Below are positions 12,582 through 25,710 of a stretch of DNA of 64,000 bases, in pieces. The stretch comes from Eledone cirrhosa. Taxonomy: Eukaryota. The stretch spans positions 5,022,001 through 5,086,000 of the forward strand of contig OZ024759.1 of NCBI GenBank assembly GCA_964016885.1, given 5' to 3'. The position numbers and the translations under genes were made by a program. Position 1 is the first letter of the stretch. Each line of letters opens with the position of its first letter. The notes below the pieces were generated by a model. The model ran no database searches, was not told the DNA's origin, and saw only the letters and a program-made list of their open reading frames with translations.

Positions 12582-12910
12582 TCATCATCATCATCTTCAA
12601 TTAACGTCCATCTTCCACACTAGCATGTGTTAGACGGGTCCCATTTAGAGGCAAGTGTGGGCTGGATGCTTTTTTGCTGTCTTCTACACGTCCAGTGTGG
12701 GTGAGATATATATATATGTGTATGTATATATCATCACCATTTAGCGTCCATTTTTCCATTCTTGCATGGGTTAGACGGGTCATCCACGCCAGGAGGCAAG
12801 TCTGGCCAGGGTTGGCCATGTGTCGCACCTTGCTCAGGTGAGGTCTGTAAATTTGGTGGGGTACTTTACAGCTGGATTCCCTTCCTAACATCAACCATGT
12901 TTACAGTGTG
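12582..12910 (-). mobile_element. RTE LINE 3' UTR fragments (two)
   Basis: (cat)n followed by ttaacgtccat...ctagcatg.gttagacggg, twice. Confidence 0.7.
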
Positions 12911-13974
12911 GAACTGGATGGCTCTGTTATGAGGAGGGACAGGCCAGTTGGCTGCACTGAACTCGTCTCACAGTGGAACTATAATTTTGGGGGCCTGGTA
13001 CTGGGTGGTACCACTGTGAGGAGGGGTAGCCAGTCAGCTGCTCCAAACTCATCTCACGAGGTTACCACAGTTTTGGGGCCCTGTACTAGATGATCCCGCT
13101 ATAGTGATGGTGTAGCTAGTTTATATGAATAAGTAAATCTGACGCAGGTATATTTCTACAGTTTACCAATGTACCGTACTTACTGGCGCCAATGACGACC
13201 AATTTTTGAAAAAAAAATAATAATCAACCTTCGGCCTCCAGGACATATGGTAGATATTTTGGACTTATATTAGGGAAAAAGTAATGTCTTTGATGCTAGG
13301 AAATATGGTGAAAATGTAAAATTTCCACTGTTAAATCTATCCCTGCATTTTAAGTATTCTCTATTATCTCATACTGTTACTTTCTTATAAGTCCTATAAG
13401 AATGCATTTTTTGCTAAACTGCCATAGAGCAGACCTCTGAAATGATAGAAGGATATAATTTATAGAGCATGCTGGAATACCACTGCTTACATTGGAGAGA
13501 ATTTCTCTGGACAGAATGTTGATATCTACAGTTTACCAATATAGAAATATAACATTTCCACTGTTAAATCTATCTCTGCTTCTAAAGTATTCTCTATTAT
13601 CTCATACTGTTTCTTTCTTATTTCAGAATATCAGATGACATTGGGATAAATTATTATTTTCAATCTTGGATACATCATCTCTATTTATCATCATTTGAAG
13701 ACTAAAACCTTCTAAACAGAACTTATATAACACTGTTTATATAAATCTATAGTTCAATTACTGTGAAATATTTCCTCAAAACTGAGTTTATTTTCTTCAC
13801 TATAAGATGGTTTTGTATTTTAACTAAACTTGGATGAAACAGAAGTTTGTATTATCTTCAGATATTAACTGAAATCACAGTTGAGGGAAATATAGAAGAA
13901 TATTTTATAAGAAATATAATATAAAAAATATTACAAGAAAAACATCTGTATATTCTGTTGAAGAAGAAATCATT

Positions 13975-14690
13975 ATGCCAAATAAATTGACAAAGAAGAT
14001 TAAATGTGAAACACAATCTAAAGTGTTTAGTATTGCTGGTGAGATGACAAAGGTTAGAGAAGAGAAGCCATATCACTGTGATATCTGTGATAAATCATTC
14101 TCTCAAAGTGGTACCTTAACTACTCACAAACGTATACATACAGGAGACAAGCCATATCACTGTGATATCTGTGGTATATCATTCTCTGGGAAAAGTAGCC
14201 TAACTACTCACAAATGTATACATGCAGAAGAGAAATCATAATGCATTGACATCAGTGATAAATCCTTCTCTCAAATTTGTGAATTAATGAGAATACAAAT
14301 ACATATCATTGTAACATCTTAGGGAAATCCTTCTCTTTGAATGTTACATTAACTACACACACACATATACATACAGCTGGGAAGCCATATCACTTTGATA
14401 TATTTGGTACATCATTCTCTAAATGTTGTGGCTTCACTAGACACCAACATCTACAGGAGAGGAACCATATCACTGTGATGTCTGTGATAAATCCTTCTCT
14501 AAATGTTGTGGTTTCACTAGACACCAACATATACATACAGGAGAGGAACCATATCACTGTGATGTCTGTGATAAATCCTTCTCTAAATGTTGTGGTTTAA
14601 TTAGACACTAACATATACAGGAGAGGAACTATATCACTGTGATGTCTGTGGTACATCTTTCTCTTATAAAGATTACTTAATGCAACACAA
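13975..14690 (+). pseudogene. C2H2 zinc-finger array pseudogene
   Basis: [38 protein letters not shown]... gives two intact fingers, followed by a stop and about 5-6 frameshifted fingers; possible acceptor ttcttatttcag at 13626. Confidence 0.85.
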
Positions 14691-14779
14691 TTAGATAAAA
14701 ACCATGTCACTCACCTAAAATAGTGCCATCAATGTTGTTAATATTTTGAATAAACCTGTTTTACTAAGAAATTCTCCTT

Positions 14780-15160
14780 TCATTTTATGTCTGTACAAAC
14801 ACAGTCTTCTCTCTTACACACCACTTCAGCTCACTCTTAAACCCAGCTTCTTCTTCAACTTGTCCAAGCTCTCCCTTTCTCTCACACTTACACAACATAT
14901 CCTACAAAGCATGGTTGTTTCATATCTCTCCAGTCTACATAACCTCTGCAGTCACAGCCCTTATTTCGTTACCATGCATCATTGCATATCACCCACATGT
15001 GTCATACAGTTGTCCTTTTGTACAGAGAGAGAGAAACCTTTTGTGGTCAACTGTTGCAGTAGCTCTCTAAACTTTTTCCATCCTATCCTTATTCTAGCTA
15101 TACATCTTTCAGAGCAGCCCCCTCCACTTCTAATTAACTCACCTAGATTGCAAAATATAT
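14780..15160 (-). mobile_element. RTE LINE fragment
   Basis: LGELIRSGGGCSE...RIRIGWKKFRELL. Confidence 0.75.
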
Positions 15161-15349
15161 TTGTCAGCATACTTTATGAAGGGTCTGTTTGGAAGTGCCT
15201 CGCCTAATAAACAATGGTGCCATAACTGGACTCAGAAACCAATGGTCACACATACATGGTAAGTTAGCTAAGAACGTAGGTTTTACATTGGTTCACTGCG
15301 CTGGAGAAGTAAGCAGCAATCACGTTTAGGAGACAAGCTCTATCAAATA

Positions 15350-16090
15350 TTTAAAGGGTTCCATAGAAGCAGTTGACAGTTTCTGTTACCTGGGGTATCA
15401 AATAAGCAGTGGAGGTAGGTGTTCTGAAAGTACAGTAACAAGAGTAAGAACAAGATGGCAGAGGTTTAGGGTGTTACTACTGCTGCTAGCTACAAAAGGT
15501 TGTTTCACCAAATTGATGTGTGCATATAAAGAGCAATGCTGCATTGCAGTGAGGACCCCAGAAGATTGGATAGAAATGAAGCTTGAATTCTCCGATGGAT
15601 GTGTAATATTAATATACATGAAGGGGAAAGTGTAAATAAACTGAGAGAGAACCTGGGCATGAGAGGGAAAAGATACAGTATGCAGGAGAGGAGATTGCTG
15701 TGGTATGGACATGTGATGTGTATGAAGGTAGAGATGCTGTATAAAAGGTTGACCACTTGAAATTGATGGAAGAGGAAGACCTAGGAATGCTTGGGATGTG
15801 GAGGTAAAAACTGACCTGACACCATTGTACCTCTCAAAGGTGATGACACAGGATTGAAATCTCTGGCATTATACAGTACTGCAGGAGACCTGCATTCCCA
15901 TGTGCACGGGTTGACACAACATTTAGTGGTTTGAAGTATGCTCCAATTTTCCTCCCTTTCACATCTTAACACTCCACCCCCTTACCAGCTAAGTACACCA
16001 CCCTGACCTACCTCTCCAATCCCCACTCTACATACACACAACCCCACCCCCACTTTCACATCTGATACACCTCTCTTGACCAACCCATGT
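15350..16090 (+). mobile_element. RTE LINE family A 3' fragment, degraded
   Basis: Aligns with 43790-44400 (gacagtttctgttacctgggg..., ctgtggtatggacatgtgatg). Confidence 0.75.
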
Positions 16091-17447
16091 ATACAAGTAA
16101 GGAAAGCTTAACATTATCTCCTCCAATGCTGCTGAAATGGCTAAAAGCCCTCAGGCAACCCTGTAAGGTGGTCATGCAGGTGTCATGACAAAAGAACACT
16201 GAGTCCTCTCTGTTAGGTAACATGACAAAAGAACACCTAACCCTCCCTGCAAGGTAGTCATGCTGATGACATGACAAATAAGCACCCAGTCCACCCTGTG
16301 AGGTAGACATGACAGAAGGCCCCCTAGCCCACTCTGTAAAGTAGTCATGCTAGTGGCAAGACTGAAGGGACCCGAAGCACCCTTCAAAGTGATCAAATTG
16401 GTGACATGACTTGACACCATTTTTTAGTTTACTTCTAAAATATCTCATTTTTATTTTACTTCTAAACTATCTCATATATTTAAAAATTACTTATTTTAAA
16501 AAATTATTATTTATTTCTTAAAAAAATTACTTTTTAAAGATTATTTAAAATTTTTTAATATTTTTAAATATTTTTTTAATATTTTAAAACATTTTAAGTA
16601 TTTTATTTTGTTAAAAGGGTTTTTTGAGTATCTTCTGAGATTAAAAAAAAATTTTTTTTTTAATTTTTCCAGAAATTTTTTCCAGAACTTTTAATATTTT
16701 AATATTTTTAATATTTTTTAATTATTTAATATTAGAGTTATAACCAATAACTAATTCTGGCTATATATATCTTTCAACATTTATATCTTCGTCAAAATGG
16801 TCTCATACTAACTAATAAATAAACAAAGCTGGGTTTTTCAGTATCTTCCTAATTTAAAACATTAAAAACATATAAATAATCTTATTAACTCAGTTAATTT
16901 AATTACTTACACTAAATATAAACCAGTATCCCTCATAACTTATTAAAACAATTATCTATAACATGATATAGCCATTTATCCACTCATATATCTATTCTTC
17001 TATCTATTGATTCTCCTATTTTCTACTTTATATCTATTTATTTTCAATTTATTATTCAATGTCTTTATATATATTTATTTTTTCTATATATCTATTTTTC
17101 TATATACTTATAATAGTAAATATTATATTGTATTATATTAGAATTCTAACAATAATTAGTAAATATACGTAACATTAATATAAACGTAATACTTATTTAC
17201 GTTACATGAGTTCATCCTCTATAAATGTCTTTCTTCTCTCTATCTCTCTATCTATCTCATAACAGTAATTTTTTTCTCTCTCTTTCTTCTCTTTCTTCCC
17301 TATCTTTCCCCAGCGTAATTTAAATAAACGGTTGTTTTTTCAATTTTTCATACATTCATTTGCATATTCACACATAACTTTGAATTACCCCTAATAAGTT
17401 TCCCTTATCCAGCGAATTTCCGACCGTTATTTATAAAACAAATTTTG

Positions 17448-17512
17448 TATTTTATCTGATGAAAGAGCACCAAGATTGACTTGGTCGCCCTTGAAATATA
17501 TATAATAAAATA
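17448..17512 (+). ncRNA. Type I hammerhead ribozyme (minimal stem III)
   Basis: Stem I tattttat/ataaaata (8 bp); CTGATGA 17456-17462; stem II aagagc-accaag(attga)cttggt-c-gccctt; GAAA 17493-17496; palindromic tatata; UA cleavage site after 17504. Confidence 0.72.
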
Positions 17513-18696
17513 AATATGCAAAAGTTCTATTTAAATTGTTGGGATACAACAAGCAAATATGTTTATAACTGATATAAAGCACTCAACAAGTATTTGGAAT
17601 AAACATACGATATTAACAATCCTTTTGTATTTTATGTACTCAATTATATTATGTACTATATTGATTTATACTTCTCTCTATATGTGAGTATATATGTATA
17701 TGTGTATATTGACATACATGTACATGTGTTCTATGCATTTTTATGAATATATTGACATACATGTACATGCGTTCTATGCATTTTTATGAATATATTGACA
17801 TACATGTACATGCGTTCTATGCATTTTTATGAATATATGTCTGTCTGTATGTATGCATGCGTGACGCGAATCTACCAATTGGCCGAGGATGCACACACAT
17901 GTATATATATGTATATGTAAGAATTGTGTGTGTACATGTACATGTATACCCATACAATTTGATTGCAGATAGACATAACTAACAGCCATAAATGCATACC
18001 AGCTAATCTTATATATTTATATATATATATTAAAAAAATTTGTTATAAAAAATATTTTATTTAATAACACAAAGGATGGATAACATTAAATTAAAAATTC
18101 ATTTATGCTTTGTATGTATATATTATATACGTGGTTAGATATGGTGTGTATTTTGTGAGTGTGTGTATATATATATATTTATGTGTATTTTTGCGTGTGT
18201 GTACGTGTTATATGATATGTAGTTCTCTAGCAATATATAGATTTCTTAATGTTTAGATTCCAAGTTTTAATATATTGATCTCAATTTTTAAACTAAATAT
18301 CTAATCATAGTTAAACAATGATTAATTTCTCATATTATGTATGTATATTCCATTCATGATTATTAATATTTCTAATTTTATTTATTCATTTCATCTCAAT
18401 TGTTAAGTTAACTTAATATGACATGACTTAATGTGTTCATTCTTTCCCCCTCTCTCTATCTCTATATTTTTCTCTCTGTCTGGTGTTTTGATATATCTCT
18501 CTCGTTTTTCTCTCGTTTTTCTTTCTTTCTTTCTCCCTTTTCTCTCTCTCCGTCCTTTTCCTTATCTGTAACACAACGACTTATTTTAAAAATACTAATA
18601 TAAGTAAACAACTCCACTATCCCTGAGTCTTCCAAAAGTAACGGTTGCATTTTGTAAGGGTATGTCAATATTTATTTATAAAACTGTTATATATTG

Positions 18697-18761
18697 TATT
18701 TTGTCTGATGAAAGCATACCATAATTTAACATGGTATCCTCGAAATATGTATAATAAAATA
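18697..18761 (+). ncRNA. Type I hammerhead ribozyme, second diverged copy
   Basis: Stem I tattttgt/ataaaata; CTGATGA 18705-18711; stem II core ataccat/atggtat; GAAA 18742-18745; tatgta; UA site after 18753; A-C mismatch at the base of stem II. Confidence 0.6.
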
Positions 18762-18829
18762 GATATGGTTTTATAAATATAGTTTCCATTTGTTAATATC
18801 GTATAATAAAATAAATATAGTTTTATAAA

Positions 18830-19212
18830 TCATCATCACCGTTTTACGTCCGTTCTTCCATGCTAGCATGGGTTAGACGGGTTGTCCTGTTGTGGGCAGT
18901 GTCTGGTCGGCTGACCATGCCTTGCTCATACAGAAACTGATTTTGGCTTTTCTACAGCCGGATGCCCTTCCTAACACCAACCTCATTTACAGTGAGTGTT
19001 GCGTGCTTTTTTCCGTGGCGCCCACACGTCCACTTTACAGTGTGGGCTGGGTGCTTTTTCTGTGTGGCACCTCCACGACCACTTTGCAGTGGGAGGGTGT
19101 GGGGGCATATTGTCTATATGCTTCATCTTGAACCCATGGAAGGTCGGGTACTCTGTATTACTGCGTGACGCCAGAGGTCACGGTCGTGTGTCATCGCCTT
19201 TGAGAGGTGTGT
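18830..19212 (-). mobile_element. RTE LINE family A 3' end
   Basis: Reverse complement of 44310-44700. Confidence 0.85.
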
Positions 19213-19213
19213 G

Positions 19214-19280
<67 letters not shown>

Positions 19281-19530
19281 AATAAATTATCGAGAATCGG
19301 AATCTCGGCCCACGAAATAACGAAACACAATCTTCGAAAAGTGTAGCAAAGTGCTCAATAGTTTGGATAAACCAGAGCTATAACTAATATTTAAATACCA
19401 ACACACTGAGATAATGCTTAAAATCATTCGCACAGCCGAAAAAACGACCAAGAAAATTCGGGTCAGACAAATAATAAATATATATATATATATTTTTTCT
19501 TTTAACATATATGTGTATATAAAATATATA

Positions 19531-19606
19531 CAGGAACTCCCCAAAAATGTATACACACTTCAACTACAGTCTATGTAAGTGTGTATATATTTTTGGGGGA
19601 CACTGT
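19531..19606. mobile_element. Tiny Tc1/mariner-type MITE (inverted copy at about 21206-21281)
   Basis: TA-CAGG..CCCCAAAAATGTATACAC ... GTGTATATATTTTTGGGGGACACTG-TA. Confidence 0.6.
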
Positions 19607-20395
19607 AATATACATATCATTAAACGTATCTCCTACATGTGTATAAATAAATATACATGTATTTTATTAACAATTTTCTGTAGAATCTGTTAAACATGGA
19701 AGAAAATGTGGAGACTAAATAAAATTAACGTGTTGGTCACATTAACTTAATAATATAACTATATATTAATGAAATATGTCGAAATAAAAGTTGTAATTGT
19801 GACAAAAATATTGATTCGGTAGTTTATTATGACCAAGATTGAATATTTAATGGAATTAAGTGGAATTTATTAGGAAATAAGACAATAAAACAGTGAAATG
19901 TTGAGGTTAAAAGAGAGAAAAACAAAATGTCCTCTCTTTATAAACTTTAATGTGGTTGAATTAGTAGCGGCTCGGCTTACTAAACTCAGCTCTCTCAAGG
20001 GTTCGAATCTCACGTAGTTTACTATAGTGTCTACAGAGTTATCTCCTACTGCTTTTATATAGTATCACTGTTTATTGTAAAGAGGGCGCTACAATCATTT
20101 ACTAGTGTGACCAATGGTTTGCAGTCTGGCTTACTAACGCCAGGACTAAAGTGTTACATGGTTCCAACCGGGCTGGTTCCTTAATTTTTAAAAAGAGTTA
20201 TCACCCATAGTCTTTCAGAGATTCCTCGAAAGGTGGCGTGGCGATCTGCTTTCATGAGGAGTAGTAAGAGACAATAATATATGTAAGGAGGAGGAGTGAG
20301 AGAGACAAAAACAAAACTGTGTTAATTCTCTCTCCCCCTCGCTTCTTTTACTCTATCTACCTGTTATGTCTTCATTTCACTGTTTTATTGTCTTA

Positions 20396-20430
20396 CTAGC
20401 AGTGTATCCCGGCGTTGCACGGGTAAGAAC
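20396..20430 (-). mobile_element. Helitron 3' terminus (second family)
   Basis: Minus strand reads acccgtgcaacgccggg (hairpin) then atacactg-CTAG|T. Confidence 0.7.
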
Positions 20431-20750
20431 ATTGGTAATAGCACCTCCAATGAGAAACCTTTATTTGTGAGTGCCTGTTAAAAACTCACAAACTGGACAT
20501 GCTCACCGACATCCAGAGTTGACACTGCACTCAGTGCTCCTGTGGGAGACTCTGCATGGACACACTGGAAGAGGAAGACTGAGGTGAACATATGTTGATG
20601 CCCTCAGGACAGACACTGGTCTGTTGGAGGTGCAGGACATGGCAGTGATAATGAGGGACAGAGACCCCTGGAGAGACCTCGCCTATGGTTCTTGGGAATT
20701 TTACCCGTCCTAGGTAGATAGATATATTTGTATGTGTATATTTATATATA

Positions 20751-20813
<63 letters not shown>

Positions 20814-20887
20814 ATATGTGTTTGTATATGTATGTATATCTATACAAATATATAAAAATGAAATTGTGTGTGTGTGTGTGTCCTGAT

Positions 20888-21080
20888 TTTTGCACCGCCA
20901 AGGAAGCACCAGAGATGTCGCAGCCTCAGGGCGTGTTTGTGCATCATCAGCCGCAGCATGCCAAGCCCTCCACGCAACGGGTGTTGACAGCAGATGAATA
21001 GTCTGACCATGGGAGCATGTCCCTTCCATAGAAAGCGGAAGAGGAGGTGCTCCATTTTTGTCAGAGTTGGGCCGGGGCAA
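20888..21080 (-). mobile_element. L1/Tx1-clade LINE ORF2 fragment
   Basis: EHLLFRFLWKGHAPMVR..CCQHPLRGGLGM..L....ALRLRHLW, the post-RT FLW...GGLG motif. Confidence 0.7.
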
Positions 21081-21337
21081 TATTTCCTAATTCCACTTAA
21101 TTCCATTAAATATTCAATCTTGGTCGAAATAAATATTTTCATCTGTGACGATCTGTACAACCAATAATAGTAGGAGTCACGTTACATGATATGTATATAT
21201 ATATACAGGATGTCCCTAAAATATGTATACACATTTACATAGACTGTAGTTGAAGTGTGTATACATTTTGGGGAGACCCTGTATATATTTTATTTATATA
21301 TATATATGTTAAAAGATGATTGATATATATATCTACA

Positions 21338-21737
21338 CTCAAATAAATTAATAAAATAATGAATAAACAAAGAAACAGTTCTTTATATTAAAAAAATTCA
21401 TCATTTTACGATCGTTTCTAGGATATATATGTGTTAGAGTTGGTATGCATATTCTATAGATCTATGTACAATATTTATAAAAACTATCAGAGGGAATATA
21501 CATACCTACACATATATATGCTGTCTTCAGAAATAATATTATTTCTGAAGACATCATATATATGTGTAGGTATGTATATTCCCTCTGATAGTTTGTATAA
21601 ATATTGTACATAGATCTATAGAATATGCATATCACCTCTAACACATATATATCCTAGAAACGATCGTAAAATGATGAATTTTTTTAATATAAGGAACTGT
21701 TTCTTTGTTTATTCATTATTTTATTAATTTATCTTGA
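21338..21737. repeat. Spacer-free palindrome of about 400 bp
   Basis: Centre at 21537/21538 (tcttcagaaataat|attatttctgaaga); mirrored ORFs 21431-21613(+) and 21462-21644(-). Confidence 0.95.
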
Positions 21738-22789
21738 CTCTGTTTTCCGTTTATTTTTCACCGAAAGTAGTTGTTGAATGCATCTTCTCTTTTCATGATA
21801 TCTGGATTACATTGAGTTCTTCATACGGATTGGACACTACCGTAAACTTTTGGTAGATTTATCTACATTCTACACTCAAATGTATATTTATATATTTATA
21901 TATATATAAATATATATAAATATATTTATATATTTATATATAAATATATATATATATAAAGATATATATATATATATATATATAAAGATATATATATACT
22001 TTTACGTGTATACATCTGAAAATGTATATATGGATGTAAACATATACGTAAACATACATGTTTACATATAGATGGACAGTTATACATATACAATAACTTA
22101 TTTCTATACATAAATATACCACAAGGCATGGTGCTGCCAACTAACCAGAGCTCCCTCATAATGGACCAGCTAGATCCCAAAATACAGGCCTGCTAGCCAA
22201 CACACAGTCCCAATAAGTGCAAACTACAGCGCAGCTATCTGGACTGACTTCTCTTAAGACTACTCATTATCCCACTACATCTTTTGTATACTATATATAT
22301 ACTGTATATATACTGTTTATATATATATACACACACACATATAATTGTGTATTCACACATTATCTTAGTAATGAAATAATAATTTTAGTAAATTGTTCAA
22401 AATTCTTCATTAACCCTTTTGGTAGAAACCCAGCCAAAATAGGTTCTCCTTCTATGGAAATGGTTCCTATCTAAATTAAAGTCTTCCAACGAAATTCTAT
22501 ATAACAACCATATGTTAAGTTACTATGTTAGTAATTAACTAACAATTGTGATAAATAGCCCAACATTATTCATAATTAATTGAAATACAAGGTTCATAAT
22601 TATAATAAAATCTTCGAATAGGCTACGAAGCCGGTAAACCTTAAAGGTACGCAACACAAACATCGTTATAGCGTTTCACCAGGCAATTCCTTCCTCAATC
22701 ATTACATAGATGTGTGTATGTAATAATTATTTTGTATTGTGTGTCTATTTATGAATATGTATGTGTAGATGTGTGTGTGTTGTGTGTGT

Positions 22790-23200
22790 GTAACCCAGTA
22801 GATGTGTGTATGTAACACAGTAGATGTGTGTGTATGTAACTCAGCAGATGTGTGTGTATGTAACTCAGCAGATGTGCGTGTATGTAACACAGTAGATGTG
22901 TGTGTGTGTAACACAGTATATGTATGTGTATGTAACACACTAGATGTGTGTGTATATATAACACAGTAGATGTGTATGTAACACAGTAGATGTGTGTATA
23001 TGTAACACAGTTGATGTGTATATATAACACAGAAGTGTATATAACACAGTAGATGTGTATATATAACACAGTAGATGTGTATATATAACACAGTAGATGT
23101 GTGTGTATGTAACACAGTAGATCTGTGTGTATATAACACAGTAGATGTGTGTATATAACACAGTAGATGTGTGTATGTAACACAGTAGATGTGTATGTAA
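22790..23200. repeat. Minisatellite, about 21-23-bp unit
   Basis: Repeated aacacagtagatgtgtgtat(a/g)t. Confidence 0.85.
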
Positions 23201-23719
23201 CTAAAGTGTAACGTACGTTACGAATGGACAACTAAAAGATTTTAACTTGTTTTTTAACAATTGATGGTAGAAACAAATTTAGATTGTCTCAATTCAGACC
23301 AGAAAGGGCCGCAACACACTTACCGGCTACATAGCCTCGGAGTCTATTTTACTGAGACCAGCTACATATCTTCTTCCTAAAATCTTCCAACATAATTTTA
23401 TACAAGAACCACATGTTAAGTTACTAATAAAATAATTAATAATTAAAAACTTCAGTAAATCCTTCAAATGATATCTCAGTAATGAAATAATTAATAATTG
23501 TTATAAATACCTCAAAATTCCTCATTAATTAAACCCAAGACAGGTAAAAACTCCAGAGTCTTTCAATCGGACATGAAACAAATTAATTTCTAATGGAAGA
23601 AGTAAAGATTGTAAAGTCAGCCAAGGGAGATCACTCTCAGCGACTTATCGTAATTCTTGTTCCTGAATTAATCCGGATTAAAATATTCTGGTGTATTTTG
23701 TGTGGAGGAAACCGGATTT

Positions 23720-24040
23720 AGGCGGTGATAGCACGCAATACATGAACGTATGGTTCGTGAGTTCGAATCCCATACCGGGTGGTCTGTACGTCGGGGCCTT
23801 GAACAAGACACTTTATTTCTCATTGTTTTATTTCACCCAGCTGGCAAAAATAATAAGTTGTAATAATTATAGTGGAAATGTTGTTACATAGAATTGTCAC
23901 ACTGAATCTCCCTGAGAAGAATGTCAACGGTATACGTGTCAATGAAATACTCAGACACATTATAATATAAGATGGGTTCTACATGTATTTCAAAGGGAAG
24001 TCATGCCATACGTCTTGCTGAATCTCCCTGAGAACTACGT
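23720..24040 (+). mobile_element. SINE family 1, degraded
   Basis: B box gttcgaatccc, gccttgaacaagacactttatttc, tgaatctccctgagaa. Confidence 0.65.
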
Positions 24041-24049
24041 ATATACTAG

Positions 24050-24802
24050 TGACTATCAGACATAGTGTATCTAGGATTACATTATCTAATGTACAGTACA
24101 GTAGTTAGTATTAGTGGCTATAAGACATAGTATATCTAGGACTACATTATCTAATGTACAGTATAGAAATTAGTATTAATGGCTATCAGACATAGTGTAC
24201 CTAGGACTACATTATCTAATGTACAGTATAGTGTCTATCAGACATAGTGTATCTAGGACTACATTATCTAATGTACAGTATAGTGGCTATCAGACATAGT
24301 GTACCTCGGACTACATTATCTAATGTACAGTATAGTGGCTATCAGACATAGTGTATCTAGGACTACATTATCTAATGTACAGTATAGTGTCTATCAGACA
24401 TAGTGTATCTAGGATTACATTATCTAATGTACAGTATAGTAGCTATTAGACATAGTGTACCTAGGACTACATTATCTAATGTACAGTATAGTGGCTATCA
24501 GACATAGTGTACCTAGGACTACATTATATAATGTACAGTATAGTGGCTATCAGACATAGTGTACCTAGGACTACATTGTCTAATGTACAGTATAGTGGCT
24601 ATCAGACATAGTGTATCTAGGACTACATTATATAATGTACAGTATAGTGGCTATCAGACATAGTGTACCTAGGACTACATTATCTAATGTACAGTATAGT
24701 GGCTATCAGACATAGTGTACCTAGGACTACATTATATAATGTACAGTATAGTGGCTATCAGACATAGTGTACCTAGGACTACATTATCTAATGTACTATA
24801 TA
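24050..24802. repeat. Minisatellite, 52-bp unit x about 14
   Basis: Unit gctatcagacatagtgtacctaggactacattatctaatgtacagtatagtg. Confidence 0.9.
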
Positions 24803-24843
24803 GCAGTTAGTAATTGTGGCTATCATTATTATAGACTTCAAGT

Positions 24844-25008
24844 CGGTAGAGGGTCAGACGCTATGCTTTCCAGCATAGTTACGTACCTTTACGATCTGAG
24901 TTCAAATCCCGCCGAGGTTGACTTTGTCTTTCATCCTTAGGGGGTCGATAAAATAAAGTACCAGTAATGCACTGGGTAATTGCTGGTCTTGTGCCTAAAG
25001 TAGAAACA
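24844..25008 (+). mobile_element. tRNA-derived SINE family 2 with a 19-bp TSD
   Basis: B box gttcaaatccc, central ctttcatcctt..ggggtcgataaaataaagtaccag (resembles a MetaSINE-type domain, from memory); flanked by attattatagacttcaagt on both sides. Confidence 0.8.
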
Positions 25009-25447
25009 ATTATTATAGACTTCAAGTAAATCTTTGTCAACTTACCTCATTCACATATAATCAATGTGTTCTGTTGTTAGTTGTAACTAAACAACCAAAG
25101 AAATAATCTCTTTGTTATCAAATTAAAAGTTTCAAAGATGTTATCAGCTTTATTTCACGACATTAACGTTGGTGTATCTTCTTCATCTTTAGTCATGAAT
25201 TGATATCTTGTCAGAATGAAGTAGTGAGGCTGACTTTATGTCTTTAGCTACAGATTTGATAGGAAATATATATAGATTAGGTTGATATGTGGTCTAAAAT
25301 ATATATATTGTCTATAAATGACTGATAGCAGATGTTCTGGTGAAATAGTAGTTTTACTACTACAGATTGTAATGGAACTCTTAGTAGACACAATTGTAAA
25401 GTAAGAATAGATATGACAGTGTAAGACTGATGTCGGGGAAATAAACT

Positions 25448-25488
<41 letters not shown>

Positions 25489-25521
25489 GTTACACAAGAT
25501 ATAATTAGATTAATTAAAGTT

Positions 25522-25710
25522 ATAATTGTTTCTACTTTAGGCACAAGGCCAGCAATTACCCAGTGCATTACTGGTACTTTATTTTATCGACCCCGTAAGG
25601 ATGAAAGGCAAAGTCAACCTCGGCAGGATTTGAACTCAGATCGTAAAGGGACGTAACTATGCTGGAAAGCATGGCGTCCGACCCTCTACCGATACTGCCA
25701 ATTCACCGCA
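25522..25710 (-). mobile_element. SINE family 2
   Basis: Reverse complement of the 24844 copy; further copies at about 40770-40945(-), 46140-46320(+), 48120-48280(-), 49610-49800(-), 50020-50205(+) and 59915-60046(-). Confidence 0.8.

Noticed and set aside
19955-20015. tRNA-like sequence with ggttcgaatc
   Set aside because: No complete cloverleaf; more likely a decayed SINE head
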